This document shows positions 1-9,634 of a DNA stretch of 64,000 bases, one piece after another. The DNA lies in NCBI GenBank assembly GCA_942492855.1, contig OW818647.1:1017864-1081863 (forward strand). The letters are read 5' to 3'. The position numbers were made by a program, and so were the translations under genes. Under the pieces are notes generated by a model, which saw only the letters and a list, made by a program, of their open reading frames with translations, had not been told where the DNA came from and did not search any database. Source of the stretch: Armatimonadota bacterium (lineage in GTDB: Bacteria; Armatimonadota; HRBIN16). Each line of letters opens with the position of its first letter. Position 1 is the stretch's first letter.

Positions 1-1508
1 TTCTTGACATATAGTTTATTACCATTGAGTAGATATATGTCTTTCCTTTGAAGAACACGGCTTGAAGTGGTGAATGTGTCTGGTAAGTATTCTACTTTTC
101 CAGCTAACACCACAAAGTCAGAGCCAAGCTCGACTTCGCCATTAGCTGCAACTACTCCTATACTGGGACTGTGTGTTGGAGTTTGTTGTCCATAGCGGTC
201 CCCTTTGAAGATGGTGGCACCACTGAACAAATACTTGGAGTTTGGTGAATAGGCCACTAACGCTTCATTCACATTTAGGCAGTTAATCGGCTCACCCAAA
301 GTGACAGCATATCCGTCAAGACCATCATCATTCAACGGTACTTCAGCGAATGTGGTAGGCCGTCCAGCCGCACTGACATAGATCGTATTTCCACTTGCTA
401 TGACTACCCTGTTTCCCCATATGGTAGATAGTCCAACAGGTAATGTCGTAGTGGGACGGAGTATATCGGTGATAGATTGTCCCGTATCCTCTATAACTAC
501 AGTACCACTTGATTCAGCAGTGCCTATTAGTCCATAGGTTCCAGCAGTTGCTCGATAAAGCCTGACTGTTCCACTTCCAGTGATGGTAGCAGTGATGATA
601 TTGCTGTCACCCTGTACAGTAATACTTTGTGCATCACTGATTGGACCCTCAACTGCACCAGAAGATACGGTAGCAATGTAGGTATACTCCCCACCACCAA
701 TTGCTTTGAAAGCCTTGAAAGTGGTAGGCAACAGCAGCACGAAACCATCTTCTGCATCAATCTTATTCCATACGGGGGCTCTGAACTCAGTACCTGTAAC
801 AGCAGATGGAGTCTCAAGGTTGTCTAAGCTTATCTTTATCTCAACTATCTGACCTATACTTGATACTTGACTTGTTGTAACTGGAGAGCTTGCACGATTC
901 CAAACCGTGTAGTCCGGTTCAGTCACACTCAAAATAGTCATTTGAGTATCGTTGATATATACCGTGATGTCGCTTATGTCAAGCGACTTGGTTCCATAAC
1001 CAATCCAGTTAAATCCGTAGGTTATTGTTTTAAGCTGACTGAAGTTTTGAGGGGTAGCCCATGTATGTTTTACTGAGTGGGTTGTGGTAGCTTCTGCATC
1101 ACTTAACCCCATCGACCACCATTCCGTACCAAGCCTAACTACGCTAAATTCATCATCCCCCTCTATGTTTCCATGATATGCCTTCCAGTTTAGGGATTTA
1201 GTTTCAACAGAAGCGGTGCCATAGGTCAGTGCAACCGTTGGTTTAGCAGGTAGTGTTAAAGCTGTTCCATTCTTAGTCCATCCAGTAGTACAACTATAGA
1301 CATCATCACCCCAGGCGAAGTCTCCAGCCACTACAGCCGTACCAGATAAAGTGATATTGCCACTAACATTAGCTATAGCCGTATCAGTCTGACGGCCACG
1401 AAGCATACCGTCCTCAATCGAGATATCCACTGCTTCGGCTGTATCAGATGTGTACAGGTTTCTCCCAGTAATTCCAGAAAACGTCAGTTGCTTATCAGTT
1501 ATAGGCAT
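1..1508 (-). CDS. Phage tail nozzle/DNA-stabilisation-like virion protein (partial, runs off left edge)
   Basis: ATG at 1508 overlaps the upstream stop (TAATG). My translation stays open to position 1: MPITDKQLTFSGITGRNLYTSD...WGNRVVIASGNTIYVSAAGRPTTFAE. It is beta-rich and follows the adaptor-like gene, as P22 gp10/T7 gp12-type proteins do. Missing from the ORF track because no stop lies in the window. Confidence 0.6.
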   Translation of the reverse strand, partial: MPITDKQLTFSGITGRNLYTSDTAEAVDISIEDGMLRGRQTDTAIANVSGNITLSGTAVVAGDFAWGDDVYSCTTGWTKNGTALTLPAKPTVALTYGTASVETKSLNWKAYHGNIEGDDEFSVVRLGTEWWSMGLSDAEATTTHSVKHTWATPQNFSQLKTITYGFNWIGYGTKSLDISDITVYINDTQMTILSVTEPDYTVWNRASSPVTTSQVSSIGQIVEIKISLDNLETPSAVTGTEFRAPVWNKIDAEDGFVLLLPTTFKAFKAIGGGEYTYIATVSSGAVEGPISDAQSITVQGDSNIITATITGSGTVRLYRATAGTYGLIGTAESSGTVVIEDTGQSITDILRPTTTLPVGLSTIWGNRVVIASGNTIYVSAAGRPTTFAEVPLNDDGLDGYAVTLGEPINCLNVNEALVAYSPNSKYLFSGATIFKGDRYGQQTPTHSPSIGVVAANGEVELGSDFVVLAGKVEYLPDTFTTSSRVLQRKDIYLLNGNKLYVK

Positions 1509-3667
1509 TATAGGGTACCTATGATTAGAGGAGTGAACACTGGCAGGTTAGTTTTTAGGTTCCCCTTAAGTGCATGTCCAACCAAACCTGACCGGAAGTT
1601 ACCCAGTGCGGATTTATAATCTCTGAGTAGGTTCTGAGCAGGTATGAAGTTTCGTGTTCTCATCCATTTATAGGCAACGAGTAGGGCTAATGCCTCAATC
1701 AGCTCAATGGGAATAGCACAGCCCGGGACAGGTCTTGGTACTCCAACCACTCTAACCTCTGACCCTTTGTTTATAAATTGATCACCTTCAATGCTGTATG
1801 TGTCTTCACCTACAACATTACCAAGACCATTAACTACAGATTGTATACGAAGGAAGCTTACCTTGGTTCGTGAATACTCAGTTGAAGTCGCACCACTTAC
1901 CGTGATGGTCGTGAGTGGATATCCGAGTTCAAGATAAAGGTCAGCTACTGAACTGTGGGCTAACCTGCAGATATTGTCATTGACTATACCCTCACTGTCA
2001 CCATCATATTCGATTAGCTGCCTGACTCTGTAAACTATCTCACAGGAAGATGGAACGCACAATGGATCCTGCCAGTCTTGCATACCGTAGGCCTCGCTAT
2101 CAGTTATTGTTATTTTACTTATCCATGCTTTGGTTAAGTAGGGTATATCGTAGTTTTCCATGACTGCCAATACGCCATGTGGTTCTGAAATGAAAACTGT
2201 GGCAGATGGTGGATTCTGTGTGGTAATCTTGGCTCCAAGGCTAGCGGCATCAGTAGGCAGTGCCCCATAGCTCAGCCCGTCTGAAGTGTAAGTCACAGCA
2301 GGCCAGCCACTCACATCACCTGACACTGAACCAGATGTAATCCTTCCAAGTGTCGGTACCAGTGCTGATGTCCATGAACCCTCATTGTTGTTACCAATGG
2401 TGGAGCCAATCACATCAAACGAAGCACTTCCCTTAGTCATACTTGCTGTGAAGTTACCAACTCTCATCACTCCATAGTACAGCGGTCCAGTGACAGCATA
2501 GTCTGTCCATACGGCAGCTCCAGATAGGCGGTACTTTTCAAAAGAGGTATAGCTACAACCTGAACTCATACGCTTGTTAAGGAACCAACTATGCATGACA
2601 TCTGTACTTGTAGCACTGCCAGTTATGAACTCATTGATTGGATAATAGCTATCAGACCGATAGACTGGAATCGCAGATCCAGTAAGCTGTGCAATACAGG
2701 TCCCAGTCACTCCGGCATCAGTTTTGTAATTCACATAGCCTTGGCCGTAATAACTCTCACCGCTTCTGACATATGGTATGAATCCACAATACTGACCAGA
2801 GTTGATAGCATCTTGACCATAAACTAAGTGAGTGAGTGTTTGGAAATCTTTGTCACTATAGCATGGATGTTCGGTTTCAATCGTACCACTTAGAAGATAT
2901 CCACCTCTATAACCATATGGATACTCATACACCCAGCCGGAAGTATGATGCACAGTATCAAAAACTGCTAAACTGGGAACTCTCCAAGCCACACTACCTT
3001 TTGATGTCGATGCCTCAAAGTTTGAAATCCTACGTATTCCGTGAGTTATATACCCACCATTGAATTCGGTTCCACTTACTGTGCCAGCATCAGAATCATC
3101 TGGTAAAGATGATAGGCTAAATGTGGTTCCAGTTGGACCGCTGTATGACCTTAACCAACTACATGACTTGAAGGTATCAGCTACAGGTATAAGCTCTTCA
3201 AGAATCAATCCCCAGTCATCCCATGAATGCGTAATGGGGCCGTCACCAATACTGAACAGGTAATCAAGTTGTGATGTAGCCAGCTTAACATATCCCCATG
3301 TGTCATTCCCATGGGTTGTCTTCACTCTGTAATAGCCTAATCCTATGGTCTCTCCAGATACTATATAGTACTGGGCAGCAATGTAATACTGTCCATTCTC
3401 AAGTGCATCTGGACCGTAAGCTAAGTTCCACCACAGCTCCGTACTGCTTCCGGGACCAATTAATGCTGTACTCTCTGAGTTCTCATTTAACCCAGTATAT
3501 AGGGAACCTATCGGCTCAAAGTTGTATGTGTCTGAAGGCAGACCGTCTGTCCATCCTGAGCAGTCTGGCACTCGTGGAAGGCCTATACCGGCACCGCTCA
3601 CATATGTGGCAGCACCGGAATAATCGCCTGAGAAGTCAGCCAGTGAAGGCCCAAATGCTACAGCCAT
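1508..3667 (-). CDS. Phage virion protein, 719 aa: duplicated N-terminal beta-rich domain plus C-terminal head-tail adaptor-like domain
   Basis: Internal repeat (NLAYGPDALENGQY.. vs HLVYGQDAINSGQY..); C-terminal helical segment IELIEALALLVAYKWMRTRNFIPAQNLLRDYKSAL resembles podovirus adaptor C-termini; neck-module position. Confidence 0.55.
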   Translation of the reverse strand: MAVAFGPSLADFSGDYSGAATYVSGAGIGLPRVPDCSGWTDGLPSDTYNFEPIGSLYTGLNENSESTALIGPGSSTELWWNLAYGPDALENGQYYIAAQYYIVSGETIGLGYYRVKTTHGNDTWGYVKLATSQLDYLFSIGDGPITHSWDDWGLILEELIPVADTFKSCSWLRSYSGPTGTTFSLSSLPDDSDAGTVSGTEFNGGYITHGIRRISNFEASTSKGSVAWRVPSLAVFDTVHHTSGWVYEYPYGYRGGYLLSGTIETEHPCYSDKDFQTLTHLVYGQDAINSGQYCGFIPYVRSGESYYGQGYVNYKTDAGVTGTCIAQLTGSAIPVYRSDSYYPINEFITGSATSTDVMHSWFLNKRMSSGCSYTSFEKYRLSGAAVWTDYAVTGPLYYGVMRVGNFTASMTKGSASFDVIGSTIGNNNEGSWTSALVPTLGRITSGSVSGDVSGWPAVTYTSDGLSYGALPTDAASLGAKITTQNPPSATVFISEPHGVLAVMENYDIPYLTKAWISKITITDSEAYGMQDWQDPLCVPSSCEIVYRVRQLIEYDGDSEGIVNDNICRLAHSSVADLYLELGYPLTTITVSGATSTEYSRTKVSFLRIQSVVNGLGNVVGEDTYSIEGDQFINKGSEVRVVGVPRPVPGCAIPIELIEALALLVAYKWMRTRNFIPAQNLLRDYKSALGNFRSGLVGHALKGNLKTNLPVFTPLIIGTL

Positions 3668-4096
3668 TTATTTACTCGCTGTATTGAGGATGAAGCTTAT
3701 CGTGGCTTCACCACTTGGTGCCACCAGGCGGACATAGGGAGGCTCGGACACGGCACAGCCCAAATCATACGGAATGGCCGTGACAGCACCCGTGACCGGA
3801 GTAACTGTATAGAGACCGCCAGTGACACTGTAAATAGGCTCGTAGACTCCACCGTCCCATGACCCATCAAAGCTGACTGTGCCGGAGACCCAGCCCTCAG
3901 GCGGAGTTCTCAAGCTGGAGATACGGTATCCATTCGGAATCTCAAGTACGGTCCCACTTGAGGATACGGTTGTTCCAGATACAATTTCAGTGGTGAAGAT
4001 TGGACCCCTGAGTCCACTTACACTTGGTAGTGGGTACTTCTCTGAAACCTCGGTAATCGACAGGTCGCCTACCGACTTGCTATATTCGATAATCAT
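3668..4096 (-). CDS. Phage hypothetical, probably structural beta-sandwich protein
   Basis: 142-aa ORF translationally coupled on both sides within the virion operon. Confidence 0.7.
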   Translation of the reverse strand: MIIEYSKSVGDLSITEVSEKYPLPSVSGLRGPIFTTEIVSGTTVSSSGTVLEIPNGYRISSLRTPPEGWVSGTVSFDGSWDGGVYEPIYSVTGGLYTVTPVTGAVTAIPYDLGCAVSEPPYVRLVAPSGEATISFILNTASK

Positions 4097-4387
4097 TTAC
4101 TTGTCCTTTTCACGAGCTAGTGGGCATATTGGCCTATCCACAATGTGACTGACTATGACATCGGTGTGTTGACTCAGTGCTGACAAGATCACCTGAGTGT
4201 CCACACCACGTCCATTGATGATAGTGTCCATACGCTCATACATACCTTGAAATCCATTACGCATCTCGTTGGTGATGTTGGTAACAAGACTCTCAATCAG
4301 CCTTTGGCCGACTAACAGAATGACCCAGAGAAAGGCTATTAACGCCCCTACTTCCTTGATGATCGCTATGATTGCTGCTACTTCCAA
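4097..4387 (-). CDS. Small membrane protein, holin-like
   Basis: 96 aa, one N-terminal hydrophobic helix (VGALIAFLWVILLVG) then an amphipathic region; AGGAG RBS and TTG start. Confidence 0.55.
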   Translation of the reverse strand: MEVAAIIAIIKEVGALIAFLWVILLVGQRLIESLVTNITNEMRNGFQGMYERMDTIINGRGVDTQVILSALSQHTDVIVSHIVDRPICPLAREKDK

Positions 4388-4398
4388 TTGTGTGCTCC

Positions 4399-4424
4399 TA
4401 AAAAGGGCAGCCGAAGCTGCCCTT
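4399..4424 (-). terminator. Rho-independent terminator after the major capsid gene
   Basis: AAGGGCAGC-TTCG-GCTGCCCTT followed by TTT on the minus strand; cUUCGg tetraloop. Confidence 0.9.
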
Positions 4425-4436
4425 GGTCGTGCCTGG

Positions 4437-5402
4437 TTAGGCTAGTTTGACGGTGTGAAGACGGCCATTACTCTTGCGGTCAGAGCAGGTCAACTGGCAG
4501 TGCCAGCCAAGCTTCCACTGACGTAACGGGCGTGCATCGGCAAACTCTTCCACCTTGATGGCGTCTGAACTAACCACAAGCCGGAGGGTCGAAGTGTTGA
4601 TGAAGTAGATAGTCTCAGCAACACATGAAGCGTCGCCTACGATGGTCGAACCATTGTACTCAACAGCACTCATTCCAAGCTGACCCTTGGCAGGATTAGC
4701 ACCTATCACGATGCGCTGGGCACCAACGATAGCGGAGCGAAGCTTCGAGAAGATAGCAGGGGTCGTGACGATCAGGTTAGGCTGTTCGCCATCAACTGAC
4801 TGAATAGTAGCCTGCATACTGTCAAGCATAGCCAGACTAGCTACACCAGAAGCAGCATCAGTAACGGTAGAACGCCAGAAGGCATTGCCAGACTGGGAAC
4901 TGTCAATCCCACCCAGAGTACCAGTTGTGTAGATTGCACCTTGGAGGTTACCAAGCGTAGTCTCACTGCCATAAGCATAACCGGTAGAGTGGAGGGAGGT
5001 GTTGATCATCTTGCCAAAGTCTTCAATCGATCCCTGTGTGTAGGAACTGATGTATTCAGCAAGGGCAGCATTGTCGTTCTTGAGTTTGTTGAGTTCACGG
5101 TCAGCAAGTGCGATGCCAGACCACAGTTCAGCCCAGTTGTAAGCAGCACTAGCCACTTGGTTACTGACTGCACTGTTTACGTAGGTAGAAGCATCGGCAG
5201 GGTCTGCACCAACCACTACAACGTTAGAGCCGCTGTGTCGGATTGGGCAAAGCAAAGAAGTTCCGCCAGCCTTGGTCACTAAACCACCGAACTCCTTCAT
5301 CGCTTTAAGAGTTGGAGCATAGTTGGTAATATTGTCACGGTACGAGTTGAGGAAAAGGGGGATGCCCACAGATAGGGCTTGTTCGTAGCTTCCTACAGCC
5401 AT
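4437..5402 (-). CDS. Major capsid protein (HK97-type fold expected)
   Basis: 321 aa after the scaffold and before a strong terminator; GTLGGIDSS..FWRS, PNLIVTTP..F..L and IYFINTSTL motifs typical of podoviral capsids. Confidence 0.85.
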   Translation of the reverse strand: MAVGSYEQALSVGIPLFLNSYRDNITNYAPTLKAMKEFGGLVTKAGGTSLLCPIRHSGSNVVVVGADPADASTYVNSAVSNQVASAAYNWAELWSGIALADRELNKLKNDNAALAEYISSYTQGSIEDFGKMINTSLHSTGYAYGSETTLGNLQGAIYTTGTLGGIDSSQSGNAFWRSTVTDAASGVASLAMLDSMQATIQSVDGEQPNLIVTTPAIFSKLRSAIVGAQRIVIGANPAKGQLGMSAVEYNGSTIVGDASCVAETIYFINTSTLRLVVSSDAIKVEEFADARPLRQWKLGWHCQLTCSDRKSNGRLHTVKLA

Positions 5403-5732
5403 TGTTTTATATCCTTATTGGAAAATAGTTCAGAACATCTGAAGATTGATATTTCCGTTAAGAACACCTATTGTCGTTGGTTCTTTTCAGAACACTATCG
5501 TGGTTAATTCTTTTGGTTAAGGTCAGGCATCACTACTAGTTCACTTGAACGTGGCGATGCAGATGGAAGGAGGTTGAAGCACTGCATTGCTAAGGTTGAT
5601 TCACTTGGAATACGATAGCGAAGCGGGTCTTGTCTATCAAAGCCCTCGGCGTTGAAGGCTAAACTTTAACTGGCTGAGTAGCTGAAGTATCATAATGCTT
5701 TCTGACTTCAGCCAGAATTAAATCTATGTCCA

Positions 5733-6413
5733 TTACTTCTGAAGCATCTGGATGAACTGGTCTGTGGGCGAAAGCGTGTCCGCAGGACTCTGTTCTTTTG
5801 AAGTAGTCCGGGTGGCCTTGGTGGAGTTAATCATCTTCTCACCCATGATGGCTCCAAAAGCTCTGTGAACATCCAGCTTTGCCTGAGCAGCTACCGTCAG
5901 GATATCCTGTACCTCTGCATCGGTTGGTTCAAGGCCGGTGTCTTGTGCAATCTGTCGTATCTTGTCAGCACCTGCACTTACAAACTCTTCAAACAGTCGC
6001 TTGGATTGAGCCTGCTGCTGTGCTTGCATGGCTTGTTTCATCTGTTCAACCTGCTGGTTTAAAGCATTTATCTTACTTTCGTAAGGGTCTGTCCATACAT
6101 CGGCAGTATCAGTAGGAGCATCCTGTGGAGCACTGTCTCCATTGATAATACTGTCCAAAAAGCTCATGTCCATTTCTGGCGCTGGAGCATTGGCAGACTG
6201 CATGGCCTTGGCAGACTGCATGGCCTTGGCAGACTGCATGGCCTGCGTAGTTCGTGATTGATACACTCTGCGTATCTGTTCAGCTACACCTTGGTATTCC
6301 TGTGGTAGCTGGGCAATCAGGTCTCCAATCTTAGGATCGGCTTCTGGAGTTTCAGGTACTTCTGGTGCTTCTGGAGTCATCATCGCTGCGAGTTCTTCTT
6401 CTGGAGTGGGCAT
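5733..6413 (-). CDS. Capsid scaffolding protein
   Basis: 226 aa, acidic/Pro-rich N-terminus and coiled-coil (LNQQVEQMKQAMQAQQQ), lying between portal and capsid. Confidence 0.75.
   Translation of the reverse strand: MPTPEEELAAMMTPEAPEVPETPEADPKIGDLIAQLPQEYQGVAEQIRRVYQSRTTQAMQSAKAMQSAKAMQSANAPAPEMDMSFLDSIINGDSAPQDAPTDTADVWTDPYESKINALNQQVEQMKQAMQAQQQAQSKRLFEEFVSAGADKIRQIAQDTGLEPTDAEVQDILTVAAQAKLDVHRAFGAIMGEKMINSTKATRTTSKEQSPADTLSPTDQFIQMLQK
6190..6243. repeat. Perfect 18-bp tandem repeat x3 (QSAKAM units) in scaffold gene
   Basis: TTGGCAGACTGCATGGCC repeated three times. Confidence 0.95.
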
Positions 6414-6427
6414 ATTAATTCCTTATC

Positions 6428-7777
6428 TTATTGAGCAGGCTGAGCCTGAACAGGTTGCGCCTGTGGTTGTTGCATAGGCATCTGTTGTAGTTGTTCTGTG
6501 ACAAATTCGTCAGGGTTAAGACCGTATGATCTGAGTAGTCGTTTTACAAGTAGTTGAGTATTCACACCTGGTGCGCCGTTAAGCATCTGAATCAATCCTT
6601 GGGTTTCCTGCCTTCGCTGAAGGGCCTCAGCGTATCCGACAGTCGCCAGACGAATAGTTATGCCATCAAGTACATTCTTATAAGGTGTGGCAGGTCCAAA
6701 GGTGATTGGTTCGCCATCAATAACCAGCTCAGCATATTCAATTTCGTTTGAAGGGAGACGGCATAGGTAGCTTCTATAATCCTTGATAATCAAGTCAAGC
6801 CATCTGGCTACACGATCCCCATAGTAGCTGGAACGCACACCACTCTGGCTTTGAATGGCTATACTCTCAGTGGCTAAATCAACACTTGGAGCAGCTATCC
6901 CACGCTGGTACGGATTGACTCCAGTTCTGGACGTGATCTCATTCGAGAGGATGTTGAATCCACCCACTAGGTCATTAATGGATTGACGCTCTACTGGGTT
7001 GAATGCTGACCCTTTCTCAGAGTTAACTACTTCAACCACCTCATAGCGTTCATGGATGTTAGCAGCACTCTCAGGGTCTTTCAGCATGGTTGAATCTACC
7101 ATTGCCAGTCCTGATCTCTTGCCGATCTGATCTATTGAATAGATTGTGCTGTCGTAAGCATCGGCTAATCCTGCTACTCGCTCTATAACACTAATAGGCA
7201 GTGTATTAAGCGTAGAATTCAACCTGGGCCGTTCCAGTCCAAATAGCCAGTGTGGAGTGTATCTCCAGTTCTTAAAGGTGCAAAGCTTGAAGTCACCGGT
7301 GTAATAGGTGACATCAGTACCGTCATATACTTCAGTGATGGTTACGGTGTCATTGTCATTAGGCAGTTTACGATGGAACCGCTTGGCTGCATCAACTCTT
7401 GACATTTTGAACTCACGGATACTTCCTTCAGGTTCAAAGATGGATCCGGTCCAGCTCGCTTCATCAGGACGTAAAGCTCTTGGTCCGAAAGGGGTGATGA
7501 ATATTCCTCCAGCACCGCACACAATCCAGTCACGAACGGCAGTTTCACACCGCATCGCCAGATGCCTGTCATACATGGATGTAATCAGTTCATCAGCTAT
7601 CCTGTCAGCAGGTTCAGCTATGAAATCTACTTTACCAATATACAGAGAAACTGAGATGTCGGCGATATCCATACGAATACCTGCCACAGCAGTTTGCCTT
7701 AGCTCATCACACGTGGACCGCCTGTTCTTGATGACATCGGTGATTGCCGAAGCTGGGTTACTCATTCTGTGCTCCAA
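6428..7777 (-). CDS. Portal protein
   Basis: 449 aa after terL; podoviral portal-like C-terminus (EITSRTGVNPYQRG...ATESIAIQSQSGVR...LLRSYG) with Q-rich tail; start may be the second Met (MSNP). Confidence 0.8.
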   Translation of the reverse strand: MEHRMSNPASAITDVIKNRRSTCDELRQTAVAGIRMDIADISVSLYIGKVDFIAEPADRIADELITSMYDRHLAMRCETAVRDWIVCGAGGIFITPFGPRALRPDEASWTGSIFEPEGSIREFKMSRVDAAKRFHRKLPNDNDTVTITEVYDGTDVTYYTGDFKLCTFKNWRYTPHWLFGLERPRLNSTLNTLPISVIERVAGLADAYDSTIYSIDQIGKRSGLAMVDSTMLKDPESAANIHERYEVVEVVNSEKGSAFNPVERQSINDLVGGFNILSNEITSRTGVNPYQRGIAAPSVDLATESIAIQSQSGVRSSYYGDRVARWLDLIIKDYRSYLCRLPSNEIEYAELVIDGEPITFGPATPYKNVLDGITIRLATVGYAEALQRRQETQGLIQMLNGAPGVNTQLLVKRLLRSYGLNPDEFVTEQLQQMPMQQPQAQPVQAQPAQ

Positions 7778-8024
7778 AGTGTTGGTTCATGGTCTCGGCC
7801 ACCTCACGTGCTTTATCTATACGTGCCTTGCTTGCTTTAGGTTGTCTCATCTTCCTGTCCAAAGCTTCCTGGTATACATCGGTCCCACCAATAATCTTGG
7901 CACTAAGTGGAAACTGTCTTGTCATATTTATAAAACACTTTGGGCAGCTTACGTACTGCTCCAAGGTGGCTTGAGATTCAACTCTGAGATTACAACTTGG
8001 GCACACGAAATCATAAATTGGCAT
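7758..8024 (-). CDS. FmdB-family zinc-ribbon protein
   Basis: MPIYDFVCPSC...CPKC signature. Confidence 0.85.
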   Translation of the reverse strand: MPIYDFVCPSCNLRVESQATLEQYVSCPKCFINMTRQFPLSAKIIGGTDVYQEALDRKMRQPKASKARIDKAREVAETMNQHFGAQNE

Positions 8025-8025
8025 A

Positions 8026-9282
8026 CTAAATTTTTCTCCTTACTGGTTGCTTCAATAATTTGGTCCTGCGTATCGACTCCTCCACCCATTCCTTGCTTCC
8101 AAAAGCTATATTCTTAGGTGCTGTTTGAAGGTGGAGATAGGCCAGAGCGTATCGTAATGAGTCCAAAAGGTGATCTTCACCGATTAGGTCTTCAGGATTC
8201 CTAGGGTCAACCTGGGCATTCTGGAACTCACTATGAATATTGGGTAGTTCACAAGCATAGTGAAGCTTGCCTTCACGGAGCAGCTGTCTTAACAGTGCTA
8301 TGGTGCCCTTTCTGTCTTTGGTACCGGGAATGGTGTTCAATCCTGACTGCTGCCATAGATCAGCCACTGACTCGCGTCCTGCACTTGTAAAGCAGGAACT
8401 GTCAGCTACAACCGTACAGCCTTCAGGTAATCCCATGGAAAGCACTTGGCCTGCCTGTTCTGCTGGAGTTAAGCCAGTAGCATACCGCTCAACATGAATG
8501 TAGAAATGGCCTTCAGTGTCCTTGGAGATTAGCAGGGAAGCAAAGGGAGCCGCCCAACCCCAGTCTAGTCCAGACACATATACTTGATTACCGCTTGGTG
8601 CTTTGATGTCAGGAAGGACGTTAAACGCTTTGCCTATATTAGTAACGATTAGAGCCTCAACTTCGCTCTGAAACACTACGTCGGGTAGACTTGCTCTCAT
8701 AGCTTCAATCTCTTCAGGATCAATAAAGGGATTACTGCTTGTCGGCATTCTCCATGAAGCCCAAGTTTCATCATCTAGCAGTGATGCCACCCAGTCAGCC
8801 CCTCTTGGGCTTGATATAATCATAGCCTTGCCGCGCTTGTCAGCTAGAGCTGGTCGCAAACAGTTGTTCCAGATGTCTTCAATGCCGTTGATGTGGCAAG
8901 CTTCATCAATGATAAGAAGGTCAAGTCCCGCACCACGCATACTCTTCGGGTTGTCACTGCTCTTACACTCGATAGTGCAATCACCAATGACCATTCTGTG
9001 TATAGGCATCATCGAGTACCGGTAAGGGATACTTAACTTATCTAGTGCTAATTGAAGGTAGTGCAGTATTTCCTTGGCTTGTGCATGGATAGGACTGACT
9101 ATCCATATACGGCAACCTGGTTTCTCAATAATCATTCGTAAACATTCAGCAGCAGCTAAATATGATTTGCCCCATCTTCTACCACACAAACAGAGACGGA
9201 ACCTGGCATCATTTTCGAAAACAGGTATCTGATTTAGGTGCAGGCCAAGCCCACAACTAGTCAGTAGGGTTTGTATCAGCAT
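8026..9282 (-). CDS. terL: Terminase large subunit
   Basis: Walker A-like CGRRWGKS, Walker B LLIIDEA, coupling motif IISSP, nuclease GLDWG and C-terminal DHLLDSLRY. Confidence 0.95.
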   Translation of the reverse strand: MLIQTLLTSCGLGLHLNQIPVFENDARFRLCLCGRRWGKSYLAAAECLRMIIEKPGCRIWIVSPIHAQAKEILHYLQLALDKLSIPYRYSMMPIHRMVIGDCTIECKSSDNPKSMRGAGLDLLIIDEACHINGIEDIWNNCLRPALADKRGKAMIISSPRGADWVASLLDDETWASWRMPTSSNPFIDPEEIEAMRASLPDVVFQSEVEALIVTNIGKAFNVLPDIKAPSGNQVYVSGLDWGWAAPFASLLISKDTEGHFYIHVERYATGLTPAEQAGQVLSMGLPEGCTVVADSSCFTSAGRESVADLWQQSGLNTIPGTKDRKGTIALLRQLLREGKLHYACELPNIHSEFQNAQVDPRNPEDLIGEDHLLDSLRYALAYLHLQTAPKNIAFGSKEWVEESIRRTKLLKQPVRRKI

Positions 9283-9634
9283 TCAACAGCGCACGTATTG
9301 CAGCTAGTGGATCTGAGGTACCAGATACCTTCTTGTTCTGATCAATAACATACTTACTAAGGTCGGCTTTAGTTCGTTCACTGCTTTCAGGACTATTAAT
9401 GAGTTCAATTATTGTATCAGCAGCAGTTGGTGCCATACCGCGTATTCTGGATATAGCTTCATCCGCATTAGCTTGCCTTGCCATATCTATCTCATCTTTA
9501 AAGTCGTGATAGATACTCGCGATAGAGGTGTTACATACTCCAGTATCTGCGATGATCTGCTTCCAACTACAACCTGCAATCAACATTTCCCTTACAAGGT
9601 TGATCTTGGTAACTGGAAGCTTCTGACGTCTCAA
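9257..9634 (-). CDS. Putative terminase small subunit (N-terminal HTH)
   Basis: 125 aa immediately upstream of and overlapping terL; HTH-like SWKQIIADTGVCNTSIASIY followed by helices. Confidence 0.65.
   Translation of the reverse strand: MRRQKLPVTKINLVREMLIAGCSWKQIIADTGVCNTSIASIYHDFKDEIDMARQANADEAISRIRGMAPTAADTIIELINSPESSERTKADLSKYVIDQNKKVSGTSDPLAAIRALLNADTNPTD

Noticed and set aside
5403-5732. Known self-cleaving ribozyme (hammerhead/pistol/twister) in the capsid leader
   Set aside because: Conserved cores such as CTGATGA...GAAA were not found by eye; kept only as a generic structured-RNA candidate
7308-8117. 269-aa plus-strand ORF opposite portal/terL
   Set aside because: Antisense to clear phage genes, with no recognisable motif
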